From the sequence record DRR378314_213: a stretch of 64,000 bases of DNA, one strand, 5' to 3'. Below, one piece after another: positions 9,277 through 18,894 of the stretch. A model generated the notes under the pieces. The model was not told the DNA's origin, did no database searches, and worked only from the letters and a program-made list of their open reading frames with translations. Every line of letters begins with the position of its first letter. Positions within the stretch are counted from its first letter, which is position 1. The position numbers were made by a program, and so were the translations under genes.

Positions 9277-10296
9277 ATGTCCGAACACTACTGGACAGAG
9301 ATCCGAAGTTGTTTGAGTACAGCCTTGAAGGCGCAGCTTTCAGGGGAGGATATGCCGAAACTGGAGGCGCTGTCCCGTTTGACGTTGCGCCCTCCCAAAG
9401 ATACCCGGTGGGGGGATCTGTGCACCAATGCGGGTCAGTTGATGCGGGGCGGCAGCTCTGAGGCCTGCCTTTTGGGTCAGGATTTGCTCCTGGGGCAGTT
9501 GCGCGGCCTTGAGGCAGTTAAGGCTGCTCATCTTACCGACAGTGGAGAAATCAATATAACATTGCAAGAGGCGCGGTTGCTTCAGGATGTGCCAAAAATC
9601 ATAACCCAAGGTGAGGCTTATGGCCTAGCCCATCTGAAAGATCATTGTCAGCCGCTCACCCTTGATGTTCCCGATCAGACCCGTGATTTGTTGGCCTTAA
9701 GACAATCCTGGAATGTCATTTATTTAAAAAAACTGGCTGATCTTGTCGGGGTGCAAACCTCAAAAAGCAAGTGGGAGCCTGGAGAAATTCAGGGCTATCC
9801 CACCGAAACAGCACTGGCTAAATGCGGTGAAAGCCGGTTGCGTCTGGCCCTGTTGGGAAATGGAAAAGACTTTGCCGTTCATTTCAGTCCTGTTCTTGCT
9901 GTAGATCAAACGTCTGATAACCCGGCGTTTTCCATCGGCTACGCTCAGTCCAGACTGGCAACCTATCTGAAAGATGGCGTGCCGCTAAGTGATCTGGAAG
10001 CGGGGGCGGCGCTGTCTTCCCCGCTGGAGCGGGAGCTGTTGATTTGCCTTACACAATGGCCGCAGGCCATCCGTATGGCCCTGCGGGATCGGGACATGGT
10101 TAATTTCGTCTCTTTCCTCCAACGGTTAAGCCTGCTATTTTTCCGGCTAAATGATCAGGAACGGCTTCAATCTTCTGATTATCTTCAGGATTCGGAAATG
10201 GGATTCCTGAGGTTGCAAGTGCTTGGAGCCACCAAAACTCTCATTTCAAAGGGATTGGATCTGATGGATATCGAGCAGCCAAAGGAGTTCATTTAG
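9277..10296 (+). CDS. ArgRS-derived protein: N-terminal domain plus DALR anticodon-binding domain, catalytic core missing
   Basis: PPKDTRWGDLCTN and GEINITL..AYG (ArgRS N-domain-like); DNPAFSIGYAQSR and ERELL..LTQWP (DALR-like); no HIGH or KMSK motif; only 339 aa; sits in the argS syntenic position. Confidence 0.75.
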   Translation: MSEHYWTEIRSCLSTALKAQLSGEDMPKLEALSRLTLRPPKDTRWGDLCTNAGQLMRGGSSEACLLGQDLLLGQLRGLEAVKAAHLTDSGEINITLQEARLLQDVPKIITQGEAYGLAHLKDHCQPLTLDVPDQTRDLLALRQSWNVIYLKKLADLVGVQTSKSKWEPGEIQGYPTETALAKCGESRLRLALLGNGKDFAVHFSPVLAVDQTSDNPAFSIGYAQSRLATYLKDGVPLSDLEAGAALSSPLERELLICLTQWPQAIRMALRDRDMVNFVSFLQRLSLLFFRLNDQERLQSSDYLQDSEMGFLRLQVLGATKTLISKGLDLMDIEQPKEFI

Positions 10297-11249
10297 TGAG
10301 TGATAATCACAGTTTTGACGACGATGACGATTTTTTCGAAGATGACTATGTGCCGACGATTAACCGTTGGAAGCTGCTGGGCGCGGCGCTGGCCATTGTG
10401 ATTATCACAGGTTTTGGGATTGGGATCTGGTACGCCTATGATCAAGGCGTCAAACAAGGCGTGCAATTGGCCCCACCGATTATCAAAGCTGATGACACAC
10501 CGGTGAAAGAGCAACCTGAAGATCCGGGCGGGATGGAAATCCCTCATCAGGATAAAAAAGTCTTTAATGTTCTGAACGGGGAAGAGAATACCGAAGAAAA
10601 GGTTGAAAAGTTGATGGAACCACCGGAGGAGGTGGTTGAAGAAGATGCGCCGGTTGACATCAAGGAAGATCCGGCTGCTAAAAAACCAGCGGAAAAAGAA
10701 ACCCTAATGGCCAAAGATGATGCCGTTGAGGCCACAGAAGAGACGGCAGAGACAGCACCAAGCGAAGGTGTGGCGGGGACAGAAGCGGCTAGCGAGAGCA
10801 AGCCACTTGAAAAGATGGCCGAAAAACCGGGTGAAGAGACCGCTGAAGTTGCAAAGGATGTTGCGGACGCAGAAGAGAAAGTCACTGAGGCCGTTGAAGC
10901 TGAAAGCGAAGAGGAAACTGCACCGCCAGCGCCTGAAAAAGTGCCTGCGGTTGACGCCGGCAAAAAACCTGAGGTGGCCGCTAAAGAAGCGCCTGCCGGG
11001 ATCGCGTTTCGGGTGCAACTGGGGGCCTTTCGATCCGAAGATGCCGCAAAGAAAGCCTGGCGGGATCTGCAAAAGAAACATGAGGAGCTTCTTTCTGGTG
11101 AGGTTTATAAAATCCAGAGTGCCGAAGTTACGGGCAAAGGTTTATTCTTCCGACTTCAAGCAGGTGCCTTTGACGATCGGTCGCAAGCTGCGGACCTGTG
11201 CAATCAGCTAAAGGCCCGTAAACAGGACTGCCTCATTGCCAAGAACTGA
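10296..11249 (+). CDS. SPOR domain cell-division protein (FtsN-like)
   Basis: Single TM helix, acidic low-complexity linker, C-term FRVQLGAFRSEDAAKKAW...FFRLQAG...LCNQLK..QDC. Confidence 0.9.
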   Translation: MSDNHSFDDDDDFFEDDYVPTINRWKLLGAALAIVIITGFGIGIWYAYDQGVKQGVQLAPPIIKADDTPVKEQPEDPGGMEIPHQDKKVFNVLNGEENTEEKVEKLMEPPEEVVEEDAPVDIKEDPAAKKPAEKETLMAKDDAVEATEETAETAPSEGVAGTEAASESKPLEKMAEKPGEETAEVAKDVADAEEKVTEAVEAESEEETAPPAPEKVPAVDAGKKPEVAAKEAPAGIAFRVQLGAFRSEDAAKKAWRDLQKKHEELLSGEVYKIQSAEVTGKGLFFRLQAGAFDDRSQAADLCNQLKARKQDCLIAKN

Positions 11250-12288
11250 TTATGAGGGTGTTCGGTCTGTTATTTTCTCTTTGGAGGGACCAGACTTAAC
11301 AGCCGAGGAGCGGGCGTTTTTCAAGGCCGAAAAACCGTTTGGTTTTATTCTCTTCGCCCGAAATGTGTTGGACCCATCGCAGCTTAGGAGGCTAACGGGT
11401 GAGTTGCGCGAATGTGTTGGCCGTCCAACAGCCCCAATCCTTGTGGATCAGGAAGGTGGCCGGGTGCAGCGTCTGCGGGCACCAAACTGGTTTACCGCGC
11501 CCGCCTTTGGGCAGATCGCTGCGCTCCATGCCCGGGATGGACAAGCCGGATTGCGCGCTGCTGAACTGGCCACCCTGTTGATCGCCCGGGACTTGCGGGA
11601 TACAGGGTTTTCGGTGAATTGCAGCCCTTGTCTGGATTTGAAGCGGGCTGAGACATCTTCGGTGATCGGCGATCGCGCCTTCGGGGCGTCGACAGATGAT
11701 GTTATCCAACTCGGCCAGAAAGTGGTGGAAACTTATCTGCGGGCGGGGATCCAGCCAGTGATCAAGCATATGCCAGGGCACGGGCGCGGAACCGTGGACA
11801 GTCATCATGAACTTCCCATTGTGACAGCTTCGCTTGAAACCTTGCGCCGTTCAGATTTTATCCCCTTTAAAGCATTGAATGACTGTGCCTGGGGGATGAC
11901 AGCCCATATCGTTTTTGAGACCCTTGATCCGCATCGTCCGGCCACCCAATCGTCAAAGATCATTCAAGAGGTGATCCGGGGTGAGATAGGCTTTGAGGGT
12001 CTTTTGCTGACCGATGACCTGAATATGCAGGCGCTGGAGGGAAATCTTCCGGATCGGGCGGCGCGATCCCTCTCTGCCGGGGTGGATATTGTTTTGCATT
12101 GTTCGGGCAAATTGGATGAAATGAAATCCGTTGCCCCAGCCTGTGCGGCACTTGGCGTGGATACCCTTGATCGGATCGAGCGGTGGGAGCAGGGCATGCA
12201 GGTGTCTTCGCGGCAACAGGATGATATGGTGGATCCGGCGATATTGCGCCAGGAATTGGAAAATCTGCTCGCGCAGGGTGAGGGATAA
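11236..12288 (+). CDS. nagZ: Beta-N-acetylhexosaminidase (GH3)
   Basis: DQEGGRVQR, KHMPGHG...DSH, TDDLNM. Confidence 0.93.
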   Translation: MPRTDYEGVRSVIFSLEGPDLTAEERAFFKAEKPFGFILFARNVLDPSQLRRLTGELRECVGRPTAPILVDQEGGRVQRLRAPNWFTAPAFGQIAALHARDGQAGLRAAELATLLIARDLRDTGFSVNCSPCLDLKRAETSSVIGDRAFGASTDDVIQLGQKVVETYLRAGIQPVIKHMPGHGRGTVDSHHELPIVTASLETLRRSDFIPFKALNDCAWGMTAHIVFETLDPHRPATQSSKIIQEVIRGEIGFEGLLLTDDLNMQALEGNLPDRAARSLSAGVDIVLHCSGKLDEMKSVAPACAALGVDTLDRIERWEQGMQVSSRQQDDMVDPAILRQELENLLAQGEG

Positions 12289-12977
12289 TGGAAAATCTGT
12301 CCGACATCATCTGGGCCGCATCGACCTGGATACTTCCGGCGTTGCTGGCAATAACCCTGCATGAGGCGGGACATGCCTTTGCGGCCTGGAAATTTGGCGA
12401 TCCAACGGCAAAAAATCAGGGTCGGGTGACTTTAAATCCCCTGAAACATATTGATCCGATGGGAACACTTATCCTGCCAGCGGTTCTACTGCTTTTGAAA
12501 GCGCCGTTTTTGTTTGGCTATGCAAAGCCGGTCCCGGTGAATTTTGGCCGCTTGAGAAACCCCAAGCGGGACATGATCTGGGTGGCGCTTGCGGGACCCG
12601 GCATGAATTTTCTGCTCGCCTATATTTGTGCCATCGGTATTCATGGGTTGGTGTTGTTCCCTGAATTGGCCAGCAACTGGCTCCTGGCCAATCTGGCGAA
12701 CGGTTTGCTGTTAAATGTGGTTCTGGGTGTCTTTAATCTGTTGCCCATACCGCCGCTGGATGGGGGTAAGGTTGCTGTCGGGATTTTGCCGAACGCGCTG
12801 GCTATTCCGTTGATGAAACTGGAACGCTTTGGTTTTCTGATCCTGATCGGAGTGATTTTTATTTTACCGATGATCAGCCGGGCTATGGGGTATGAGCTGA
12901 ACCTGTTGCGATGGGTTCATGATGGCCCGATCAGCTTTGTTATATCGCTAATTGCCAAGACAGTGGGTCTCCCCTAA
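12288..12977 (+). CDS. Site-2 protease (M50) family protein
   Basis: HEAGH, ALAGP, NLLPIPPLDGG. Confidence 0.92.
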   Translation: MENLSDIIWAASTWILPALLAITLHEAGHAFAAWKFGDPTAKNQGRVTLNPLKHIDPMGTLILPAVLLLLKAPFLFGYAKPVPVNFGRLRNPKRDMIWVALAGPGMNFLLAYICAIGIHGLVLFPELASNWLLANLANGLLLNVVLGVFNLLPIPPLDGGKVAVGILPNALAIPLMKLERFGFLILIGVIFILPMISRAMGYELNLLRWVHDGPISFVISLIAKTVGLP

Positions 12978-12985
12978 ACTTTCCC

Positions 12986-13825
12986 ATGGGAAAACAGGGG
13001 AGCAGCAAAGCGGTGGAAAAGTCCAAAGGCCTTTTCGAAAAATCCGATAATTTTGAGCAGGATGAACGTCCGGTTGTCTCTGAGCATGCGCTGTTGGTCG
13101 ATCTGGATGGCTTTGAAGGACCGCTTGATATCCTGTTGGCGCTGGCGCGGGATCAGAAGGTGGATTTATTAAAAATTTCCATTCTGCAACTGGCCGAACA
13201 GTATCTTGCCTTCATTGAAGAAGCACGCAAATTACGCCTTGAAATCGCCGCGGATTATCTGGTCATGGCGGCCTGGTTGGCGTTTCTGAAATCCCGCTTG
13301 TTATTGCCACCGGAAGACATAGAAGAGGGTCTGTCTGGCCAGGAAATGGCGGAACGGCTGGCCTTTCAGCTTAAAAAGCTGGAGGCTATGCGCAAAGCGG
13401 CCGAACAGCTGACAAATGGGATGATGACTGGGCGGGATCGCCTGCGCCGGGGGCGTCCAGAGGGTGTGAAAGTTATTCGGCATTCCAAGTATGATTGCAG
13501 CCTTCGTGAATTGCTGCAGGCCTACGCCCAGCATCAGGAACGCAAGGGGATTAGAAACCCCCTCCGTCTGATGCGAGAGGCGGTTTTTTCCGTTGAGGCG
13601 GCATTGGAGCGGCTTGAAAATATGTTGGGCAAGATGCCGGACTGGATGGATCTTTGGGCTTATCTGCCGGATAATCTGAAAGATCCCTTTACTCGGCGAT
13701 CCGCGGAGGCGTCAACATTGTTGGCAAGTCTGCAACTTGTTAAAGAAGGGGAAATGGAACTTCGTCAGTCGACAACATTTGGTCCCATCGAAGTCCGCGC
13801 CCATACCCGCAAGGAGGATGAATGA
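12986..13825 (+). CDS. scpA: Segregation and condensation protein A
   Basis: FEGPLDILLAL, AADYLVMAAWL, Q..FGPI. Confidence 0.93.
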   Translation: MGKQGSSKAVEKSKGLFEKSDNFEQDERPVVSEHALLVDLDGFEGPLDILLALARDQKVDLLKISILQLAEQYLAFIEEARKLRLEIAADYLVMAAWLAFLKSRLLLPPEDIEEGLSGQEMAERLAFQLKKLEAMRKAAEQLTNGMMTGRDRLRRGRPEGVKVIRHSKYDCSLRELLQAYAQHQERKGIRNPLRLMREAVFSVEAALERLENMLGKMPDWMDLWAYLPDNLKDPFTRRSAEASTLLASLQLVKEGEMELRQSTTFGPIEVRAHTRKEDE

Positions 13826-14424
13826 GTGTCAATCCAGAACATGTTCGGATGGTGGAGGCTCTGTTATTTGCGGCAAAAGAGCCTTTGGATGAGGTCTCCC
13901 TTGCTGCGCGTCTGCCGGACGATGCGGAAATTCCAGAGATTCTGAAGTTTTTGGCCAAAGCCTATGAGCATAAAGGGGTGAATTTGACCCAGCTTGCGGG
14001 CAAGTGGACCTTTTTGACAGCCCCGGATCTTGCCTGGTTATTACAGGATGAAAAAGAAACTGAACGCAAGCTCAGCCGCGCCGGTTTGGAAACTTTGGCA
14101 ATTATTGCTTATCATCAACCTATCACCCGGGCCGAGATTGAGGAAATTAGAGGGGTTGGCCTGAGCCGTGGGGTTATGGATATTTTGTTTGATGCGGGCT
14201 GGATCCGCCCAAGGGGCCGAAGGCGAACCCCGGGCCGTCCGGTTACCTATGGCACGACAGAAGAGTTTTTGATCCATTTCGGTCTTGATGATGTGCGCGA
14301 TCTTCCCGGTTTTGATGAGATGAAGGCAAGTGGGCTTTTGAATATGGACCCATCCGGGCTTTTTGATGATATCCCGGGCACCGATGCGGCAACCCCGCTG
14401 GATCCAGAAGAGGAAGAGGATTAA
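13822..14424 (+). CDS. scpB: Segregation and condensation protein B
   Basis: EALLFA, LETLAIIAYHQPITRAEIEEIRGV, PGRPVTYGTT. Confidence 0.95.
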   Translation: MSVNPEHVRMVEALLFAAKEPLDEVSLAARLPDDAEIPEILKFLAKAYEHKGVNLTQLAGKWTFLTAPDLAWLLQDEKETERKLSRAGLETLAIIAYHQPITRAEIEEIRGVGLSRGVMDILFDAGWIRPRGRRRTPGRPVTYGTTEEFLIHFGLDDVRDLPGFDEMKASGLLNMDPSGLFDDIPGTDAATPLDPEEEED

Positions 14425-14952
14425 TCAAAGGGTCAGGTACATATAACTGGTCGGTACCAACTGGCTGCCGGAAGGCTGTTTGGCAAATCCGGGGATAATA
14501 CCGGCCAGCTGGAAACCCTGGCGTTCATAAAGCCGTTGGGCCGGACTATCCGTCACCGTGTCCAAAGTGATAAGACTTTTTTTCAATGATCTGGCGTCTT
14601 CTATCAGGGTTTGCATCAAGTCATCGGCGATGCCCTGTCTTCGAAAATCTGGATGAACCAGAAGCTTGGTGACCTCTGCTCGGTGAAGTTGGTTCGGTGT
14701 CAGTTTCTTGATCAGTTGAACGGTTCCAGTAACCTCGTCACCCTTTAAGGAGACCCAGCAGACCCTCTCTTCGTTTTCAAGGGCGGGCAGGGCATTTTCC
14801 TGCCAATAGGCTATAGCCTCTTCAAAGCTGAAAGGCAGGATAAAATTCACATTGGCACCGGCTTCCACGCAGGCTTTTAGGCAAGTTGCCAGACCAGGAA
14901 TAAAACCCGGAAGGGATGAGGCGGTCAGTTTGGTAATGGTGACATCGGTCAT
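14425..14952 (-). CDS. GNAT family N-acetyltransferase
   Basis: HRAEVTKLLVHPDFRRQGIA, LDT..SPAQRLYERQGF. Confidence 0.88.
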   Translation of the reverse strand: MTDVTITKLTASSLPGFIPGLATCLKACVEAGANVNFILPFSFEEAIAYWQENALPALENEERVCWVSLKGDEVTGTVQLIKKLTPNQLHRAEVTKLLVHPDFRRQGIADDLMQTLIEDARSLKKSLITLDTVTDSPAQRLYERQGFQLAGIIPGFAKQPSGSQLVPTSYMYLTL

Positions 14953-14964
14953 GCAGGGTCGCCT

Positions 14965-15519
14965 TTAGACAAGTACCAGGATATAGGTAGCGGCCGACTG
15001 TTGGGGCGTTTCAAAACGCGTCGGGCCGAAGCTGTGATAGCGAAGGCTGTCCCCGGCGGACAGGGTATAAGATGTCGTCTCCACCGTTATGCTCAAGGTG
15101 CCTTCCAGAAGGTAAAGATGATGCTCCAGCCCGGGCAGGGTTGGTTTGTCATAGCTGATCACCTGACCTGCTTGTAGGTGGCATTTCAGCAGTTCCGCCT
15201 TCAATCCCTGAGACGGAGGCGATATAGAAAGCCGATGAAAGCCTTTATCGGTATCGCGCCATTCAGGCTGATCAGAGGGGCTGACCTTTGCAGGAAATGT
15301 ATCCTCAACCATGGATAGCAGCCGGGACAGGGTGAGGCCATATGCCGCACATAACCGGCTGAGCAGGTCAGTGGTCGGACTGACCTCTGCATTCTCCATA
15401 CGTGAAAGGGTTGCCCGGCTGATCCCGCTTTCCGTTGAGAGCTGATCCAACGACCAATTGGCCTCAGAACGCAAGTTTTTCAGGCGCTTTGCCAGTCGGG
15501 ATCCAAGGTCTTCCTGCAT
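14965..15519 (-). CDS. XRE-family HTH/cupin transcriptional regulator
   Basis: WSLDQLSTESGISRATLSRMENAEVSPT plus cupin EHHLYLLEG..GDSLRY. Confidence 0.9.
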   Translation of the reverse strand: MQEDLGSRLAKRLKNLRSEANWSLDQLSTESGISRATLSRMENAEVSPTTDLLSRLCAAYGLTLSRLLSMVEDTFPAKVSPSDQPEWRDTDKGFHRLSISPPSQGLKAELLKCHLQAGQVISYDKPTLPGLEHHLYLLEGTLSITVETTSYTLSAGDSLRYHSFGPTRFETPQQSAATYILVLV

Positions 15520-15550
15520 AAAAGGCTCCTGAAGGGGTGCGTTTAATTAA

Positions 15551-15564
15551 TCTCAATAATGAGA
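15551..15564. promoter_or_regulatory. Putative operator palindrome upstream of the XRE gene
   Basis: TCTCA-ataa-TGAGA. Confidence 0.4.
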
Positions 15565-15618
15565 ATAATTCCCGAATATGAAACGTGTCAAGTCTGACTT
15601 TTGAGGGGCGAGGGCTTG

Positions 15619-15637
15619 ATTGCAAATAATTCTTATT
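15619..15637. promoter_or_regulatory. Putative Fur/Mur-type metal-responsive box
   Basis: 19-mer ATTGCAAATAATTCTTATT upstream of iron ABC genes; imperfect palindrome. Confidence 0.4.
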
Positions 15638-15697
15638 TACTTCAACTCTTGCTGCGATTATTCAAAGGTTTCGCGCTTTAGGGAGAGGTCCGCCGAT

Positions 15698-17413
15698 TTG
15701 ACAACTGCCGCATCCATAGAAAACAGCCCACCGGTTCACCAGAACCGGGCAGGGCATATGGGAGGGATGCTGTCTTTGCTATCCCTTGTGGTTGCCGCAA
15801 TGATTGCAACGCCGGTTCTGGTGGTTGCGGGCTTTATTTTCATTCCGGCGTGGGATGTTTGGGCCCATCTGGCCAGTACGGTGCTCGGAACCTATCTGCT
15901 GAATACGCTGATCTTGCTGCTGGGGGTTTCTGGTTTGGTTCTGGGGATCGGGGTCCCAACCGCCTGGCTGGTCACCATGTATAAATTTCCGGGAAGCCGG
16001 ATATTTTCCTGGGCGTTGTTTCTGCCGCTTGCTATGCCGGCTTATATTATCGCCTATACCTACACTGGAATGTTTGATTTTGCGGGGCCTGTGCAGACCG
16101 GGCTGCGAGAGATGTTTGGCTGGACGCGAAACGATTACTGGTTTCCGCCAATCCGTTCCGTTGGCGGTGCGGCGCTAATGCTGGGTCTTGTGCTTTATCC
16201 TTATGTTTTTCTGGTCAGCCGGGCTGCTTTTTTAGAACAGTCTGTCGCGGCCCTGGAAGTTGGGCGGACCCTTGGCCGCAGACCCTTTCGGGTATTTCTG
16301 GAAATTGCCCTGCCACTGGCGAGGCCAGCTATTGTTGCCGGATTGGCGCTGGCCTTGATGGAAACCTTAAGCGACTTTGGCACGGTTCAATATTTTGCTG
16401 TCGATACCTTCACCACCGGGATTTATCGAACCTGGTTGGGGCTGGGAGAGCCAGCGGCCGCGGCCCAGCTTGCAGGTCTATTGATGCTGTTTGTTTTCAC
16501 CCTGATCATATTGGAGCGCTATAATCGCGGACGCCGGAAATTTCATCACACCGGCGGAAAATACCAGGGAATTAGAACTGTTCGGCTGACAGGGATCAAA
16601 GGATATTTGGCAAGTCTGGCCTGTTCGCTGCCGGTTTTCTTCGGCTTCTTATTGCCGGTAGGCTGGCTTTTGAACAAAAGCTTTCTGTATCCGGAAACGG
16701 TTCTCAATGAAGAGTTTCCGGACTTGCTGGCCAGCAGCATAAGCGTTGCCGCAGGTGCCAGTTTTGTGGCCTTGCTGGTTGCTTTATTTCTTGTTTATGC
16801 CAGGCGCCGGGGTCAGCACCGCAAAGGGGCCGCGCTTCGAAATGTCAGTTTCCGGGTTGCAGCCATGGGCTATGCCATCCCGGGGCCGGTTCTGGCTGTT
16901 GGAATCATGATCCCCTTTGGCTTTCTGGATAATAGCGTTGATCAATGGTCCCGGGAGTTGTTCGGTGTTTCAACTGGCCTGATTTTAAGCGGAACATTGT
17001 TTGCCCTGATGTTTGCGTATCTGGTGCGGTTTTTGGCGGTGTCATTAGGCACGGTTGAGGCCAGTGTCGAGAAAATCACCCCGAGTATGGAGCAGGCAGC
17101 AACTGTAATGGGCGTGACGGGGCTGTCGCAGTTGTGGCGGGTCCATATTCCCATTATATCCGGCAGTTTGCTGACAGCGCTTTTAATGGTGTTTGTTGAT
17201 GTGCTGAAAGAATTGCCGGCAACCCTGATCATGCGCCCCTTCGGGTTTGAAACTCTGGCTGTTCGGGCCTATGAGCTGGCTGCTGATGAACGCCTGGCGG
17301 AAGCGGCAGGGCCATCCATTGCCATTGTCCTCGCCGGGATTGTTCCCGTGATCGTTCTGAGCCGGGCAATTTCCAAATCCAGGCCCGGTCAGAAAGGTAA
17401 ACAAGGTAAGTAG
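15698..17413 (+). CDS. Fe3+ ABC transporter permease (FbpB-like)
   Basis: LPLAMPAYIIAY, two EAA-like loops, METLSDFG, KELPATLIMRPF; start set at the TTG after GGAGAGG. Confidence 0.88.
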   Translation: MTTAASIENSPPVHQNRAGHMGGMLSLLSLVVAAMIATPVLVVAGFIFIPAWDVWAHLASTVLGTYLLNTLILLLGVSGLVLGIGVPTAWLVTMYKFPGSRIFSWALFLPLAMPAYIIAYTYTGMFDFAGPVQTGLREMFGWTRNDYWFPPIRSVGGAALMLGLVLYPYVFLVSRAAFLEQSVAALEVGRTLGRRPFRVFLEIALPLARPAIVAGLALALMETLSDFGTVQYFAVDTFTTGIYRTWLGLGEPAAAAQLAGLLMLFVFTLIILERYNRGRRKFHHTGGKYQGIRTVRLTGIKGYLASLACSLPVFFGFLLPVGWLLNKSFLYPETVLNEEFPDLLASSISVAAGASFVALLVALFLVYARRRGQHRKGAALRNVSFRVAAMGYAIPGPVLAVGIMIPFGFLDNSVDQWSRELFGVSTGLILSGTLFALMFAYLVRFLAVSLGTVEASVEKITPSMEQAATVMGVTGLSQLWRVHIPIISGSLLTALLMVFVDVLKELPATLIMRPFGFETLAVRAYELAADERLAEAAGPSIAIVLAGIVPVIVLSRAISKSRPGQKGKQGK

Positions 17414-17416
17414 CTT

Positions 17417-18502
17417 ATGACGCATCTGTTGTTATCCAATATCCATCACAAGCTGAGCGAGAGCTTTTCGCTTCAGATTGATCATCTGCAGATGCAGGAT
17501 GGGGAGATTTTATGTCTATTGGGTCCCTCAGGATGCGGGAAATCCACCACCCTTCGGATGGTCGCGGGACTGGAACATCCGATGGCTGGAACTATCTGGA
17601 TCCGCGGACAACTTGTTGCCGGGGAGGGACGTTTTGTTGAGCCGGAAGAGCGCCGGGTAGGGTTGGTATTTCAGGATTATGCGCTGTTCCCGCATTTAAC
17701 GGTGCTGGATAACATCTCCTTCGGGCTTGATCATCTGGCTAAATCGGCACGACAAGAGGTCGCAGTGGCGGCGCTGGGTCGGGTCGGGTTGGCCGCTTAC
17801 TCAGATAAATTTCCCCATATGCTGTCAGGCGGAGAGCAGCAGCGGGTCGCGCTTGCACGAGCGCTTGCACCAAACCCTCATTTAGTCCTCATGGATGAGC
17901 CGTTTTCGGGCTTGGACACTGTGCTCAAAGACCAGGTTCGCGATAGCACATTTCGGCTTTTGAAGGAAACCGGCGCGACAGTTCTTCTGGTCACCCATGA
18001 TCCTGAAGAGGCCATGCGCATGGCCGATAAGATTGTCTTGATGAAAGATGGCCAGATAATCCAGCAAGGCAGTCCTGCCGAACTTTATAGCGAGCCGGTA
18101 AACGAGTTTGTCGCGTCATTTCTGGGGCGTGTCAACCGGATGCAAGCCCATGCGGTCGATGGGATGCTGGAGACAGAACTTGGACTGATTGCCCATTCGA
18201 AGGCCAATGACTTTTCAGGCAATTGTCAGATTCTGGTGCGGCCAGAAGCCATCCGCTTGCAGGCCCAACGGGTGGGAGGTGAGGCGACAGGCAAGGCGGT
18301 TTTTGTTCGGAATCTCGGTCCATATAGCCTTATTGATCTGGAGTTACCATCGGGGCGTTTGGTGACGGCACGGGCGGCTAGTATTCTACAGCCAGAAATT
18401 GGGCAAATTCTCTACATTTCAGTGGATAGGCGACAAGTTTTCTTGTTTGATGGTGGATCAACAGGCGAAAACCTCTCAGTTTCAGAAAAACAGATAAAAT
18501 AA
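17417..18502 (+). CDS. Fe3+ ABC transporter ATP-binding protein (FbpC-like)
   Basis: GPSGCGKST, FQDYALFPH, LSGGEQQR, DEPF, TOBE-like tail. Confidence 0.9.
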   Translation: MTHLLLSNIHHKLSESFSLQIDHLQMQDGEILCLLGPSGCGKSTTLRMVAGLEHPMAGTIWIRGQLVAGEGRFVEPEERRVGLVFQDYALFPHLTVLDNISFGLDHLAKSARQEVAVAALGRVGLAAYSDKFPHMLSGGEQQRVALARALAPNPHLVLMDEPFSGLDTVLKDQVRDSTFRLLKETGATVLLVTHDPEEAMRMADKIVLMKDGQIIQQGSPAELYSEPVNEFVASFLGRVNRMQAHAVDGMLETELGLIAHSKANDFSGNCQILVRPEAIRLQAQRVGGEATGKAVFVRNLGPYSLIDLELPSGRLVTARAASILQPEIGQILYISVDRRQVFLFDGGSTGENLSVSEKQIK

Positions 18503-18621
18503 CTGTCGTATCTTTGTGATTTCATGGTTATATATGGGTATGGGAGACTGTCAGGTCGGACGTCCTGGCATAAATTTATTTTCAAAATTGCTTCACGGGA
18601 AGGAAGCAAGGAGTTTTAATT

Positions 18622-18846
18622 ATGAGTATTGGTCCTTGGCAGATTATTTTGATCCTCGTCATTGTGCTCATCATTTTTGGAGCCGGTAAACTGCCACGTG
18701 TCGCTGGAGACTTGGCGAAAGGCATCAAGAATTTCAAAAAAGGGATAAACGAAGAGGACGCGGCGTCTAATGATCCAAAGGAGATCAAAGACGACACCTC
18801 CGCTACTCAATCTGCCGATGAAAAAGACAAGGCCGCTCAAGGGTAA
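18622..18846 (+). CDS. tatA: Twin-arginine translocase subunit TatA
   Basis: IGPWQIILILVIVLIIFGAGKLP...GIKNFKKG. Confidence 0.95.
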   Translation: MSIGPWQIILILVIVLIIFGAGKLPRVAGDLAKGIKNFKKGINEEDAASNDPKEIKDDTSATQSADEKDKAAQG

Positions 18847-18894
18847 GTCCACATCGCGGTATTTTTTCTTCGAATGAGGGTTGAAGGGTGAGCC

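Noticed and set aside
10560-11000. Glu/Ala/Lys/Pro-rich repetitive stretch
   Set aside because: Ordinary disordered linker of a SPOR protein; no discrete DNA repeat unit
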